A stretch of DNA of 57,695 nucleotides from Chiloscyllium plagiosum (lineage: Eukaryota). The translations under genes and the position numbers were made by a program. Below, piece by piece: positions 1-11,985 of this stretch (its first letter is position 1; every line of letters begins with the position of its first letter). The stretch spans positions 75,620,011-75,677,705 of the forward strand of contig NC_057718.1 in the NCBI RefSeq assembly GCF_004010195.1. Direction: 5' to 3'. A model generated the notes under the pieces. That model was not told the DNA's origin and made no database searches. It saw only the letters and a list, made by a program, of their open reading frames with translations.

Positions 1-336
1 ACAAAGTCTTTTCCCTGGGGTTGGGGAGTCCAGAACTAGAGGGCTAGGTTTCGGGTGAGAAGGAAAAGATATAAAAGAGACCTAAGGGGCAACTTTTTCA
101 TGCAGAAGGTGTTACATGTATGGAATGATCTACCAGAGGATGTGGTGGAGGCTGGTACAATTGCAACATTTAAGAGGTATTTGGATGGGTATATGAATAG
201 GAAGGGTTTGGAGGGATATGGGCCGGGTGCTGGCAGGTGGGACTAGATTGGGTTGGGATATCTGATCGGCGTGGACGGGTTGGACTGTAGGGTCTGTTTC
301 CATGCTGTACATCTCTATGGCTCTATGACTCTATGA
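1..336 (+). mobile_element. CR1-clade LINE (HER1-like) 3' end
   Basis: ORF2 C-terminal motif 'RGNFFMQKVLHVWNDLPEDVVEAGTIATFKRYLDGYM', then 3' UTR and a (CTCTATGA)-type tandem tail at ~312-335. Confidence 0.9.
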
Positions 337-434
337 AACATTAATCTTTTATGAATATGACTTTCAGATTCCATTTGAGAATGTATTTGTTGGTTGTAGG
401 TGATTGTGTAACAAATTAGAAGGGCATTATTCCT

Positions 435-670
435 TTCGGAGACTGATCTATATTTTGTCCAAGGGTTAGTGCCATGAACATCAAATGCTGCTTCGTTGTG
501 GTAACTGTTGTGGGCCAGATCATCTAAAGCAGGTTCACGATCAGTGGTGGCAAATTGTGCTGCTTCCTCCACCTCCTGTCTGACACTAACATCAATTTCC
601 TTCAGCTCGTCTATGCTCAGCATCTTTTTCCTTTAACATGGCAATAGGATCACTCTTACTTCTTACTACA
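435..670 (-). pseudogene. PDHA1: Processed pseudogene fragment of pyruvate dehydrogenase E1 alpha subunit (C-terminus)
   Basis: Minus-strand translation VRSKSDPIAMLKEK/(frameshift)MLSIDELKEIDVSVRQEVEEAAQFATTDREPALDDLAHNSYHNEAAFDVHGTNPWTKYRSVS matches the vertebrate PDHA1 C-terminus (…SKSDPIMLLKDRM…[28 protein letters not shown]…RGANQWIKFKSVS). No intron at ELK|EID, a frameshift, and GAA at the expected stop position (435-437). Confidence 0.88.
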
Positions 671-3139
671 ATGTACCTTTCATTCAATACTTCATACAAT
701 CAGGTTGTAATTGGATGGCATGAGCTATTCTTTTTAAGTAAACTAAACAAATTAATAAATTAAATAAAATCAAACCAAATTAGAGTGTCAGCCCCTTATG
801 AACGCTGCAACAAAAATCAGTTGTACAAATTTAAATTAAGAAAAAGCCTCAAGAATTTTATGGGACCCCCCCATGCACATGCAGTCCCCCTTCCTCCCAT
901 CCCAACCTCCCCCCCGCCAGGACACAAAAGCACATGTAACTTCGAGAGAAGGGCAAGCAGTCTAACTGAACAACTTCCTACTTTGGCCTGTTAATGGTCA
1001 CCATGCCCAGGTCCAGGATGAAATTCATGAGGAGGTCCTCTGAACTGTGTACATCCCATGTGCCAGCGGCCTATGCAGCAAACATCTGTTTGGCTGTGTC
1101 TCAAATTTAGAGGGGAATACTCCTCAGTCAAATCCAAGGGCCTGCTATTAGTCAGCAAGTTTCCACAAGTCATGGGCACTGTCAGTGGGCTGCTTGGGGT
1201 GGCTGTAGTCAGGATCCCACCTTATCGCATGAGCAGCTGAACTTCCACCCGCCTTGCCTCTTTGTGCTCATTGTGGGCCATGTCGTTCTGGAGACCAACA
1301 AAGGGAGAGACTGAGTGAAAGTGACTGGCATAGCTTTAGTGATCGTACAATGGGAGGATGGTGTTGAGGTGTCCTCAGTATCACCAGAAGGAGAAGCCAT
1401 ACATGGTCTGGGAAACTGGGTGGTTAAATCTGAAAATTACAGAAAGTTACTGCTTTCAAACACTGCTAAGATGATACTCCAGGTCATTGTAGGAAAAACG
1501 TCAAATGCTTTAGCACCTGTGCAGAAACTGGAAATAAACAGGCTATATTTTATTCCCATGAGGAATGTATTGATAACATTGCAATTTTACTGAAGATGAC
1601 AGAACATTGTATGGCTCAAGAAAAACAGCTTCTTATGAGGCTGGTGGTCAGAATATGTTTCTGGAGACACAATGTTCACTCCATATAGAAAAAACAGAAT
1701 TTTTTCCTCTGAGCTGTTTTCAATAAGTTAATTTGAAATGACATGGTTCTGTGAATGGCTGACACCCAGCTAAACAAAAATAATTATCTTGATGATTGAG
1801 ATTTCCATTACTTCTACCAGATATGGTGGTTTGGGAGAATGAATTAAAAATAACAGTTGCTCAGGAAATCATGCCAGTTCATGCCTTTCTCGGCCCTCTT
1901 CAGTATTAATTCATGTGTCAAGTAGAAATGAATGTTTATACCTAGAACAAGTTTTCAGTGTTCAAATAATGCTGATCTATCATTCTGAACTGCTAGGCCA
2001 GAATTTTCCAAGCCCTGTGAAGATAGTGTTGAAGGTGGTGGCAGGTAAATGAAGGAAATTAGGATATATGTCTGAGTGGGCTGGGAACAATTAATGAATT
2101 GGAAGCAAGCAGCAATAACTAGAATCACAGAGTAGTTATAGTGCAGAAGGAAGCCATTTGATCAATTATGTCTGCAATGAGCAATTCACAGTGTAATTCT
2201 CTTATCTTCTCATCATTTTGTATGTTCTTCCTTTTCAGAGAACATTTTAATTCCCCTTAGGATGTTCAAGCTAGCAAATTAAATAATTGCCACTACCTCT
2301 CCAGAAGGGAATTTATTTATCCCTGGCTAAAACTGAAAGGCACTTTACTTCAACAGTTAAACTGGATGAAAAAGATTACAGAGGAACAACATATAACTGG
2401 AACAGAATAAGAAATAAGAATTAAGCGCACAAGAAGTAAACTGAACTTCCCCAAGCGCTTAAATGGAGAACAGTTTATGAAGTGACTGAAGTGATATTAA
2501 TATAACAATCAAAAGCAAAATGAGAGAAGTAAAGATAGTTATCATGCAGAATATGAGTACTTTTGTCTTTATGTGACCATGTAAAACAGGCAATATTAGT
2601 ACATCAAATTAGCACAACACTTAGTGCTTGTCTCCTAGTTATCATTCCTGTTTAGGTCAATAGAGACATTGAGAAGTATTACAGATGGCTGATAGCCACT
2701 GTTTGCTGTGAACTGGATACAAACTTGTGTAATTAGCACAGCAGTCTCAGAAGCTATACAATCTATACTGATGTACTTTTGAGTGGTTCGCTAACTGAGC
2801 TTACATTTGTTCTAAAAATATATTTGCATTCTTAAGCCTCGATGGGTGTCTTTTGAATCTCATTAAGTGTCTGCTGTTCAGTACTGTCATCTGTTCACTA
2901 ATCCTGATGGCAGCCAATCTATAATCTTCTGTCATTAAAGGGGAATGCCAACAATTTGATAATTATTCAAGAACAGGCTCCGCTGCAACTGAAAGGTTGA
3001 CACAAAGGTCAACCTGCATGAGGAGATACTCCACTAGAGACAAACAACACCATTGCAGCAAAGATTGATCTTCATTACATTGTTCTCTTGTAATGTATAC
3101 AACAATACTGTCAGGAGCAGCATAATAATATGTTTCTGG

Positions 3140-4177
3140 CATGCAGCATGTGTGAGTCCATGAGGATGGGTATCATCACCCTCATCTACAAGCAGAAGGG
3201 GGAGAGAAAAGAAATTGGACATTAGTGACCAATTTTCATTTCTGAATGCAGATTACAAAATCCTGTCTCAGATTATCAGCAATGGGTCAGGTCTACTCTG
3301 GGATCAGTGATTCACCCCAACCAAACCAGTGCTGTACTGTACTAGGCAAGACAATCTCTGAGATCCTCACGCTCTTCAGGCATACGATCGTCAATGTGCA
3401 GGACAGGGGGTGTGGATGTCTGCCTATCACCCTGAATCAAGAGAAGGTCTTTGACAGGATATGACACACCTACATGTGGAAGCTGCTCTTCAAAATGGGC
3501 TTTGGGGAGGGAATCACAATTAGATCTGACCAACATCAGTCGTGCAGCCACCAATCAATGAGTGAGAATCAGAAACCTTGCCAATCTTTCCCAGAGAGAG
3601 AGAGACAGGGCTGCCCACTCTCTTCTGCATTGTTTGTATGCTGCACAGAGCTTTTTGCCAAGTCCATCAGACAGGATGTGAGCCTGAGAAAGGTGACAAT
3701 TCCAAGACAGCAGAGGCATACGGGTCAAAGCCATGTTTCCATTTTCTGCTTGGATCCGTTGTCAGTGTGCAGACTCATGAGCACCTATGATCAGTTTTGA
3801 ACTGGCCTCGGGAGGCAAGATAAATCGAGGCAAGAGTGAGACCACATTCTTTAGGAACTGGGCCAATTGACCGTTTATGCCCTTCACTCTCAGGACAGAA
3901 TACCTGAAGATGCTGGGAATATGGTTCGGATTGGGTGGGGCATGTGCAAACATTTGGGAGGAACATCTCGAAAATTTGACAGAAATTAGGCATTTGGGAG
4001 GACTGCTCCCTCTCTTTGTGAATGAGAACCTTTTCAACAGATGTGAGGCAACATTAGATCTACCTCCGGCCCATTCTCCGAACCTGCTTCCTTGCTGTCA
4101 CCCGAGCCAGCTTCCACTTCATCTAAGATGGATCATGTCCACAGGGACACCATGTACAAAGCTCTGGAAAAGCTCAT
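3140..4177 (+). mobile_element. Tx1-clade LINE, degraded RT region (5' part)
   Basis: Broken frames encode GIITLIYKQKGERKEI..RPIS..NADYKIL, LNQEKVFDRI, RQGCPLS.ALFVCC.E.FA and LKMLGIWFG. Confidence 0.85.
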
Positions 4178-5390
4178 AACTTCATAATATATAGGAGCAG
4201 AATTAGACCATTTGGCCCATCATGTCTGCTCTGTCATTCGATCATGGCTGATATGCTCCTCAGCCCCATTTTCCTGCTTTATCTCCATATCCCTTCAACC
4301 CATTACCAATTAAAAATCTGTCGAACTCCTCCTTAAACTTACTCGCTTTCCCAGCATCCACTATACTTTGAGGTAGCAAATTCCACAGATTCACAACCCT
4401 TAGGAGAAATACTTTCTCCTCAACTCTGTTTGAAATGTAATACCTCTTATCCAATGACTTTCGTCCAAGAATGCCCCACAAGAGGAAGCATCCACTCCAT
4501 GTTTATTTTATCCATATCTTCTTTCATCTTGAATACCTCAATTTGATCTCCCTTCATTCTTCTAAATTCCAGACAGTCAAGGCCTAAAACGTTCAATCTT
4601 TCTTAGTATGACGAATCCCTCAACACTGGAATCAATCTGGTGAACCTCCTCTGAATTGCCTCCAATGCCACTACGTCTTTCTTCAAATAAGGGGAGCAAA
4701 ACTGTTCACAATACTCCAAGTACGGTCTCACTAATGCCTTATATAGTTGCAACAATGCTTCCTTATCTTTATATTCTATTCCTTTAGCTATTAAAACCAC
4801 GCAATCTCATCAATATCTCCTTATATTGCAACAATGCTTCCTTATCTTTATATTCTATTCCTTTAGCTATTAAAACCACTATTCCATTCACTTTCTTTAT
4901 TATCTGCTGTGCCTGCATGCTCATATGTTGTGACTCATGAACAAGGACACCCAGATCCCTCTGCACCGGAGCACCCCAAAGTTCCCCCCCCATTTAGATA
5001 ATAGGGCGCCTTCCCATTTTTTTCAGCCCAAATGCATTATCTTGAACTTATCCATCTGCCACATTTGGTCCACTCTCCTAATCTATCTATATCCATTTGT
5101 AAGATTCTTATGTCCTCATTGCAACTTGCCATCCCACCTATTTTTGTATCATCCACAAATTTAGTTATAGAGCCTTCTATCCCTGTATCCAAGTCATGAA
5201 TGTAGATTGTAAATAGCCGGGGTCCAAGGACTGAACCCTGTGACACCCCACTAGTTACATTTTGCCATCCAGAAAAAAAAACATTTATTCCGACTCTCTG
5301 TCTTCTGTCCATCGGCCAGTCATCTATCCAAGCTAATAAATTACCCATAATCCCATTTGATGCAACCTTAATGACTCTCTCATATTTATG
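4178..5390 (-). mobile_element. CR1 LINE 3' ~1.2 kb inserted in the Tx1 element
   Basis: RT motifs SGVSQGSVLGPRLFTIYIHDLD, KFVDDTKIGG, LYKALVRPYLEYC and RVVNLWNLLP; 3' UTR near 4180-4260. Confidence 0.9.
4748..4880. repeat. Local ~54-bp direct duplication inside CR1
   Basis: ttgcaacaatgcttccttatctttatattctattcctttagctattaaaaccac occurs at ~4748-4800 and ~4826-4879. Confidence 0.85.
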
Positions 5391-6084
5391 GTCCCCGACT
5401 CTGGTCTCACTCACGAGTGGAAACATCTCCATGTCTTTCCTAATGAGCCCTTTGTAATTTTACAAACCTCGATCATAACCTCCTTCAAACTTCTATTTCC
5501 TCGAGTGAAAGAGCCCAGCCCATTCAATCTTCCCAGAAGGACTGAAGTGTTAGCTTATGTACTTTAACAGCACTAACATTGGTTCTTGAAAAATAATTCA
5601 CACCATGGTTTCATATCGACTGGTATTAAAATAAAATAATACATTCCTATCTGGCAACCATCACGTATTTTCCATCTGGCTGTTTCTTCAGTATGTCCAA
5701 GGGAGATCATTTGACTTTTGCTTTATTCCAGCCATGGACTTTTATTTCTGACATGCGCAGGTCAACCTCTTTGGCTAGGACATCAATTGGTTTTGGAGTC
5801 TGCGCTCTGGCTATCTCAGTGTCACTGGGGACAAGTGAGAGAAGGGAAGAACGCTTCCAATGTTGCCCTCATCCTAACGATATTCTTTATGTGTGGCTGC
5901 ATCAAGCTGTGTGTAGACACCTGGCACGCAAACCACCTAATGTCACTATACATTGAGGTTCTCCCTGTCCCCAGAGTTGCAAAGGATGGGACTGAACTTG
6001 ATGTTGCCAAATGCTCCAAGTAGCTGGACTGTTCTGTAGCACTGGTCCTTCATGGAGCAATTGGCTATGTAAAACACGTCTAAC

Positions 6085-6883
6085 CACAAATTCATCAGGA
6101 CATAACATCCTCGAGACTGCAGGAAAAGGTGGATCCTGTCAGGTGGTTCCCTGAGCAGACTGTCAGGGTCAATTGGCAGAAAGCCTCATCAGCAGAACTT
6201 TCCAACAAGACATCACTTTGCTGGTGGTCAGAAGGGCACTGTCTGGGTAAGATCCTTCATGTCTACCCAGGCTCTCTGTGCCACTGCATGCTGCCTTCAA
6301 CAGTCACACATCTCCTGCCAGAATGTGCATTTGCAAAGGAAGTCTGGTGAGAAATGCAATGTTTTATTGTCAAGATTCATCCTGAGCTGCTCCGTAACAT
6401 AGGCCTCTGGCTTTATGGTCTGTTCTCCAGGATGTACACTGAGACAAACATTGACTGTACCTGAAGGACCATCAACTCAGTGAAAAGTACACTTTGGTCT
6501 GCCCAAAACTGGTTGGCCTTCCAGAGCAAGGAATCGACCCCGACTGAGTGTTGCAGACTGTCATATTCTAAGATCCAGGACTATGTGCTGAGGGATCCAC
6601 TAAAGCTTGGAGCAGCTGCCACAAAGGCACAGTGAGGAAAGACCACCATCTAAGGTCAAAGTACAAATGGGGGTCCATTCAGCTATCAGACCCTCAAATA
6701 TATATGAATAATATATTGCATAAGTAAGAAGTGCCATTGGGTTGCTGGATCTGTTGGGAGAGTCAAACTCCAATGTTAGTTTGTTCTCAATACACTAAGA
6801 CTATACAGAACTGAACTGCAGTAGTGACTACATATGTAAAAATAAATATTTTTATGAATAAAGTATGTTTTTGAAATAAAAAA
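6085..6883 (+). mobile_element. Tx1-clade LINE 3' part with 3' UTR and poly(A)
   Basis: DPVRWFPEQTVRVNWQKASSAELSNK and TVTHLL.ECAFAKEVW (zinc-knuckle region); AATAAA and A-tail at ~6858-6883; probably the continuation of 3140-4177. Confidence 0.8.
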
Positions 6884-6884
6884 G

Positions 6885-7130
6885 AACAGGCATGGATTAA
6901 TAGTTGAGACAGTGACTGAAATGAGTGGTGAGCCTATGGAAATCACTGCCACAGAAAGCAGTCAAGGCTAAAACATTGTAGGATTTCAAAAGGAATTGGA
7001 TATAGCACTTGGAGCTAAAGGGGGTTAAAGGATATGAGAGAAAAGTGGGAGCATGCTATTGAGTTAGATGATTAGAATGAATAGTGTAGAAGGCTTGAAG
7101 GACTGAATAGCCTATTCCAGCTCTTATTTT
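6885..7130 (+). mobile_element. Old CR1 3' end fragment
   Basis: Degenerate WNSLPQKAV..F.KELD-type sequence plus CR1-like 3' UTR. Confidence 0.6.
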
Positions 7131-7811
7131 CCACACCCACATCCTAAGAATCAATTCCCAATTTCAATTTATACACATGCCTTCGTGGAGATAACAAATA
7201 TTGTTACTCAACCATAAAACTCACAAATGGATGGACACTGAAAAGTGTGGGAGAAAACTCACCCTAATGTGCTGTAAATATTAATTTTTACTCAATACCT
7301 GAATGAATACTAAGGAAGGCTGAGAAAGTCATAAGCTGATACTGCTACATCCCTTTCACTGCTTAGTTTCCTGAGCACTGGAAAACCCAAACGGTAACTG
7401 TTATTTTTATATCACACTCCCAAATATATTCCCTTGGAAAACATTATCTAAAACTACAGTAGGTCCCATAGTTATGCTGACAACAGACTACTCTACCACG
7501 ATGTCTCAATGGTTAGCACTGCTGCCTCACAGTGCCATGGACCCAGGCTTGATTTAAAAATGTTAGGAAGTTATCCTACTTCATGTAGGATATAAATGCC
7601 TTAATTCCCAGCATTCTGACAATGTTAGCAGGCAGTATAAGTTGTGTTAGTATGTGTTTCCTGTTTTTAAAGCTGTCATCAACCTCCCATTCCTCAAAGC
7701 TGTCCCACTATCACAAGAGGGTTAGCATCAAGAACTAAGTTTCACACTTAACCTGACAGGAGCTACCATGGGTGTCCACTTCATTATACTGAGGGGACAG
7801 TCACAGTAGTG

Positions 7812-8040
7812 GATGAAATGTGGAGCTGGAAAGGCACAGCAGGTCAGGCAGCATTGGGACACCAGGAGAGTCGATGTTTCGGATCAAGACCTCTCATTAG
7901 GACTGGCCAGTCCTGATGATGGGTCCAGACCCGAAATATCGACTCTCCTGCTGCCCCAATGCTGCCTGACCTGCTGTGCCTTTCCAGCTCCACATTTTAT
8001 CGACTCTGATTTCCAGCATCTGCAGTCCTTGCTATCTCCC
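7812..8040. mobile_element. Palindromic Penelope-like terminal fragment
   Basis: Inverted repeat 7812-8001 centred on aggactggccagtcct, followed by the 'ccagcatctgcagtcct' terminus shared with the Penelope at 28666. Confidence 0.8.
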
Positions 8041-9902
8041 AGCCGCAGTTGTCAACCGCACAGCAGCCAGTGAAAATAGCAATTGCATCCAATAAAAGCG
8101 ATTTGTGAAAGCCAATTTACATATACCTACAAACACCCTGCTTGAGTCTAACAGATGCCCTGACAACCTGAGAAAACAGGGACATTAAAATAGCTGCAGG
8201 ATAGGAAATTTGCAATAAGTGTTGGGCACAGGGAATTAAACCTTCCCCTTTAGTTTTATTGTTAATTATCATGGAGCGCTCAACACAGTTCTTGACTGGA
8301 CTTTGGTATTTATAGAAAACATAACAGCTTCTTTCATTTTGCATTAGCACTTTAATCCATGGAGCCTACACCTAATCCTCTATTAACTGTCTTGATAATA
8401 ACTAGAAATCTGCTGACCACCAGGTTTGAGCAATGCCTCTGTGAGCACCATAGCCCTTTCAGGTCTCAAAATGCTACAAAAAGAATTGAAACACACTCAA
8501 TTCCTTTTTATCCAAACAATTGCAATTCCTTTTTATCCAAACCGTGAAAATATTTGTTGCAGTTTCCATTATTAATGAAGTACTGTCTGTGCATATACAA
8601 CAGACTTATATTTTCTCAATGAATAGTACTATGTTCACTTAGACAGGCACAGTGAATGAGACCATATTAATTTCCATATAGCTGATATCAATGGTAACAG
8701 ACTTATCTCTGATACTGAACATTGTAGACAAATGTTGCTTTAGGTAAGTCTCAGTATGATATTTAATAGAGGTTTCTGTACAATGTCATCTTTCAGACTT
8801 GCATTGTTCCTTTAATGCAGTAAAATATCCCAGCCTGTTATGTGGGGGCAATTCTCAGACAAAAAATGAATACTAAGCAACAAAAAGAAATATTCGGGCA
8901 GGTGGGGTAAGTGATGGTTTTAATACATGCTGTAAAAGGAGGGAAGAAGGGCCAAGAAATTCATACAGGCAATTCCAAACTTTAAGGTCTAACAGTCTTC
9001 GAACAAAAATTTGGTGATCAGAATCAGAGAACCACAAAGATCTCAGTTCTACGTTACATTCTCTGCAACTATAATCCAATTTTCACAGGAGCTTCTTCAA
9101 CTTCACTTTAGAAAAGGTCTTGTTAATCTCTACCTTAACTGTGCCTAAGGGTCCTATTTATTTGCTCATTGGCTGTTCCAGATCCTGGATGACATGACTT
9201 TGTCTTACTTCAAAGAGTTGGAAGGGAGTGGAGTGCATTATTTCTCCCTCCAACTCTATTTTGGGAAGTGCTGTCAGCAATGTTCCCAAGGTTACCTGCC
9301 TTGAATTGCAAAATAGCAGTCCAAGTTGCAGTTTTGATTTTGACTGACACAGGGAGAAGTCTGTTTCACAGTCTGTTTCAGTTTGTTCAGTCACAACATT
9401 GGATGTACCAGCAGTCCTTTCCTCATGTTATGTTCTTGCTGCATTCGTCTAAGGAACCACTGCCCTGAAAATTATCCAAACTGGAAAATCTGTTGGTGAA
9501 TCAGGTAGTGCAAGAATCTCCTGGGTCTGCCACCTCCTACTCCTCAATTGTCTAACGGCCATCTGTTCCTTTCCTGCCTGCATGTTCCTAATGTGTCATG
9601 TGACCACCTTGAATGCACAATCCATTCAATTCTCAACTTCACGGTTACAGCAGAATTATTGAAGCTGTCCATAAAGTTCCAAAACTCTTGCACTTCCTGC
9701 ACATGAGTTGGCATAGTCGAGATGAACAATCTAGAACTGCCTATGTTATTAGATGGGTATTCCACTTGGCTAAGCCACCCTGCCATGCCACATGCTTACT
9801 TTCAATTTATTACAGATTGGAAACTAGAGATTTGGAATTATTCAACCTTATCACCAATATGCTCCTTCCTCTGTGCCTGTAAGATACAAAGTATACAATA
9901 CA

Positions 9903-10112
9903 ATGGTTCGCTCAGTTGGTTGGACAGCTGGTTTGCAATGCAGAGTAACATTAATAGTGTATGTTCATTTCCTGCACCAGCCAAGGTTGCCATGAAGGTC
10001 CTGCCTTTTTAACCCCATCCCTTGCGTGAGGTGTGGTGACTCTCAGGTTAAATCATCACCAGTTGGTTCTCTCTAATGAGAGAGCAGCCCTTGGGACTAT
10101 GTCAACTTACTT
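9903..10112 (+). mobile_element. tRNA-derived SINE (old)
   Basis: tRNA-like head (gctcagttggttggacagctgg…gttcatttcc); related copy at ~36825-37010. Confidence 0.6.
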
Positions 10113-10589
10113 GTTTTACGAATAAAAGATAAGTAATTAACAGTTATGAAAAACATTTATACTTTTCTATAATCCACTTAAAGCTAAATCACCAAAATAA
10201 ATTATGATCAGGGCAAACTATAAATTACACACAATAACAGATACACTACAGACTATCTCACTGAGTTAGTTAATTGGATGGTCCCAATCCCAGCCTTTAA
10301 GGATTTAGCCAGTTTTCAGAAACAAATGTCAGTTGTTGCACACCATTTCTAACTACTTGCTGTGTAACTTTCTCTATTGTGCTTTGCAGGTTCTGCCAGC
10401 ATATCCACCACCTCTGTGGTTAAATAGTCAGCTCCTGCAGAAACCAGCTCGCAGAAACCACCTCCTCAATCTCTGATGACACAACTAACAAGGCCTCAGA
10501 GGAAGCATCTGCAAGGTTGCTTTCTGCACCATCCCCACTAGCTCAGATACTGACACCTCAGTGGAAAATTTACAAAATGTGGGAGCTCA

Positions 10590-10748
10590 GTCTAAGAATT
10601 CCCTCCTGAATGGCATTGTGGGTCAACCCACAGCAACTGGATTGCAGCAGTTCAAGAAGGCAGCTCACCACCACCTTCTCAAAAACATTTAGGGACAGGC
10701 AATAAATGCTGGCCAGCCAGTAATGCTCAAATCCCAAAAATGAATGTT
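10590..10748 (+). mobile_element. CR1/L2-type LINE 3' tail fragment
   Basis: gcagcagttcaagaaggcagctcaccaccaccttctc…ggcaataaatgctggcc; same tail type as the minus copy starting at ~52720. Confidence 0.7.
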
Positions 10749-11021
10749 TTAAAAGTGTGCACCTTGCTGCTGGCCAAGACAGACCTCCAGGAATTTGGAG
10801 GATGATACCTGTTCAGTTCCAATCAGGAGAGATTGGCCCCTATGTTCACATGCAAAGGCACTCATTATCCAAGAACTGTAGCAGTGCAGTGAGTCATGCA
10901 ACTGTCTGGCTGGACAGATTGGGAGTTGCCTTGGAGAGCCATGTACAGTTTCCTCAGCCTTTGTTGGAGATACTCACAAACCCTCACTCCATCATTCTAG
11001 CCATTGGCTCACCATCATGGT

Positions 11022-11333
11022 GGGCGGCACGGTGGCACAGTGGTTAGCACTGCTGCTTCACAGCGCCAGAGACCCGGGTTCAATTCCCGTGTCAGGCGAC
11101 TGACTGTGTGGAGTTTGCACGTTCTCCCCGTGTCTGCGTGGGTTTCCTCCGGGTGCTCCGGTTTCCTCCCACAGTCCAAAGATGTGCAGGTCAGGTGAAT
11201 TGGCCATGCAAATTGCCCCTAGTGTTAGGTAAGGGGTAAATGTAGGGGTATGGGTGGGTTGCGCTTCGGCGGGTCGGTGTGGACTTGTTGGGCCGAAGGG
11301 CCTGTTTCCACACTGTGTAATCTAGTCTAAAAA
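11022..11333 (+). mobile_element. HE1-like V-SINE, near full length, young
   Basis: tRNA-like head with A/B boxes (tggcacagtggttag; gggttcaattccc), V-domain gtggagtttgcacgttctccccgtgtctgcgtgggtttcctccgggtgctccggtttcctcccaca, and a CR1-like 3' tail. Confidence 0.92.
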
Positions 11334-11784
11334 GGACTGAAGGCTTGGCAACAGGGGTCAGGGAAGCTGCCATACACTGCTCTAATGAGCAGACTCGGTG
11401 GTGCCAGAGGTCACCCAGAAACAGGACCCTTCGAATCTCCCCTCAGGACAGTCCAAAAGTGGCCAGGCCTTCCACCTCTAACCTGCCTACACCTTTTAAA
11501 CATTGGCTGTTGACACAGCTGAGTGTCAAATTTCAACGGACAAAAACACCGTTGCATGTCTGACAGGTTCACACACAAGCAGCTCCAGGACCGTCCAACC
11601 AAATCTTCACCCCAGCTGCAGAATCAGAGAGTACACTAAGATGTAATGAGAGAGAGAGAAAGAAGAAAACTTTTTGAGGGCACTTTGGTGGCATGGGTTA
11701 TAATGCACTGTATGTTATTTGGCACTATTTTAAAAAGTAGCACAGCTTTGAACTTGTTTCTGGCTGTTTATCTGGAAGCAAGAG

Positions 11785-11985
11785 GAACAGGACTTTTAGA
11801 GACAGAGAATTTGCTGCCAAAACTCAGCAGGTCTGGCAACATCTGTGAAGAGATAGTCAAATTGACATTTCAAGTCTGGCAATGCTTCATCAGAACAGAT
11901 GGCAGCTAGGACAAAGTGGTATTCATGCTGAGGACAGGAAGTGAAGTGGTGAGGTGAGTGAATAGGTGGAGACGGAGAAAGGGGC
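11785..11985 (-). mobile_element. Penelope-like element terminus (host of the minisatellite)
   Basis: ttgctg..aaactcagcaggtctggcaacatctgtg…cttcatcagaac terminal motif, followed by a purine-rich tract. Confidence 0.65.

Noticed and set aside
315..623. 102-aa ORF as a functional PDHA1 exon
   Set aside because: Frameshift just upstream, lost stop, no intron or splice structure, and read-through into a CR1 tail; treated as a pseudogene.
780..1420. Possible Harbinger/Myb-like transposon remnants (also ~10380-11640, ~22480-23020, ~42600-43080)
   Set aside because: Only a compositional impression; I could not read any diagnostic motif or terminal repeat.
11022..11100. tRNA gene
   Set aside because: The A/B boxes belong to a SINE head that continues into the V-domain; the same applies at 9903, 24005, 27290 and 45213.
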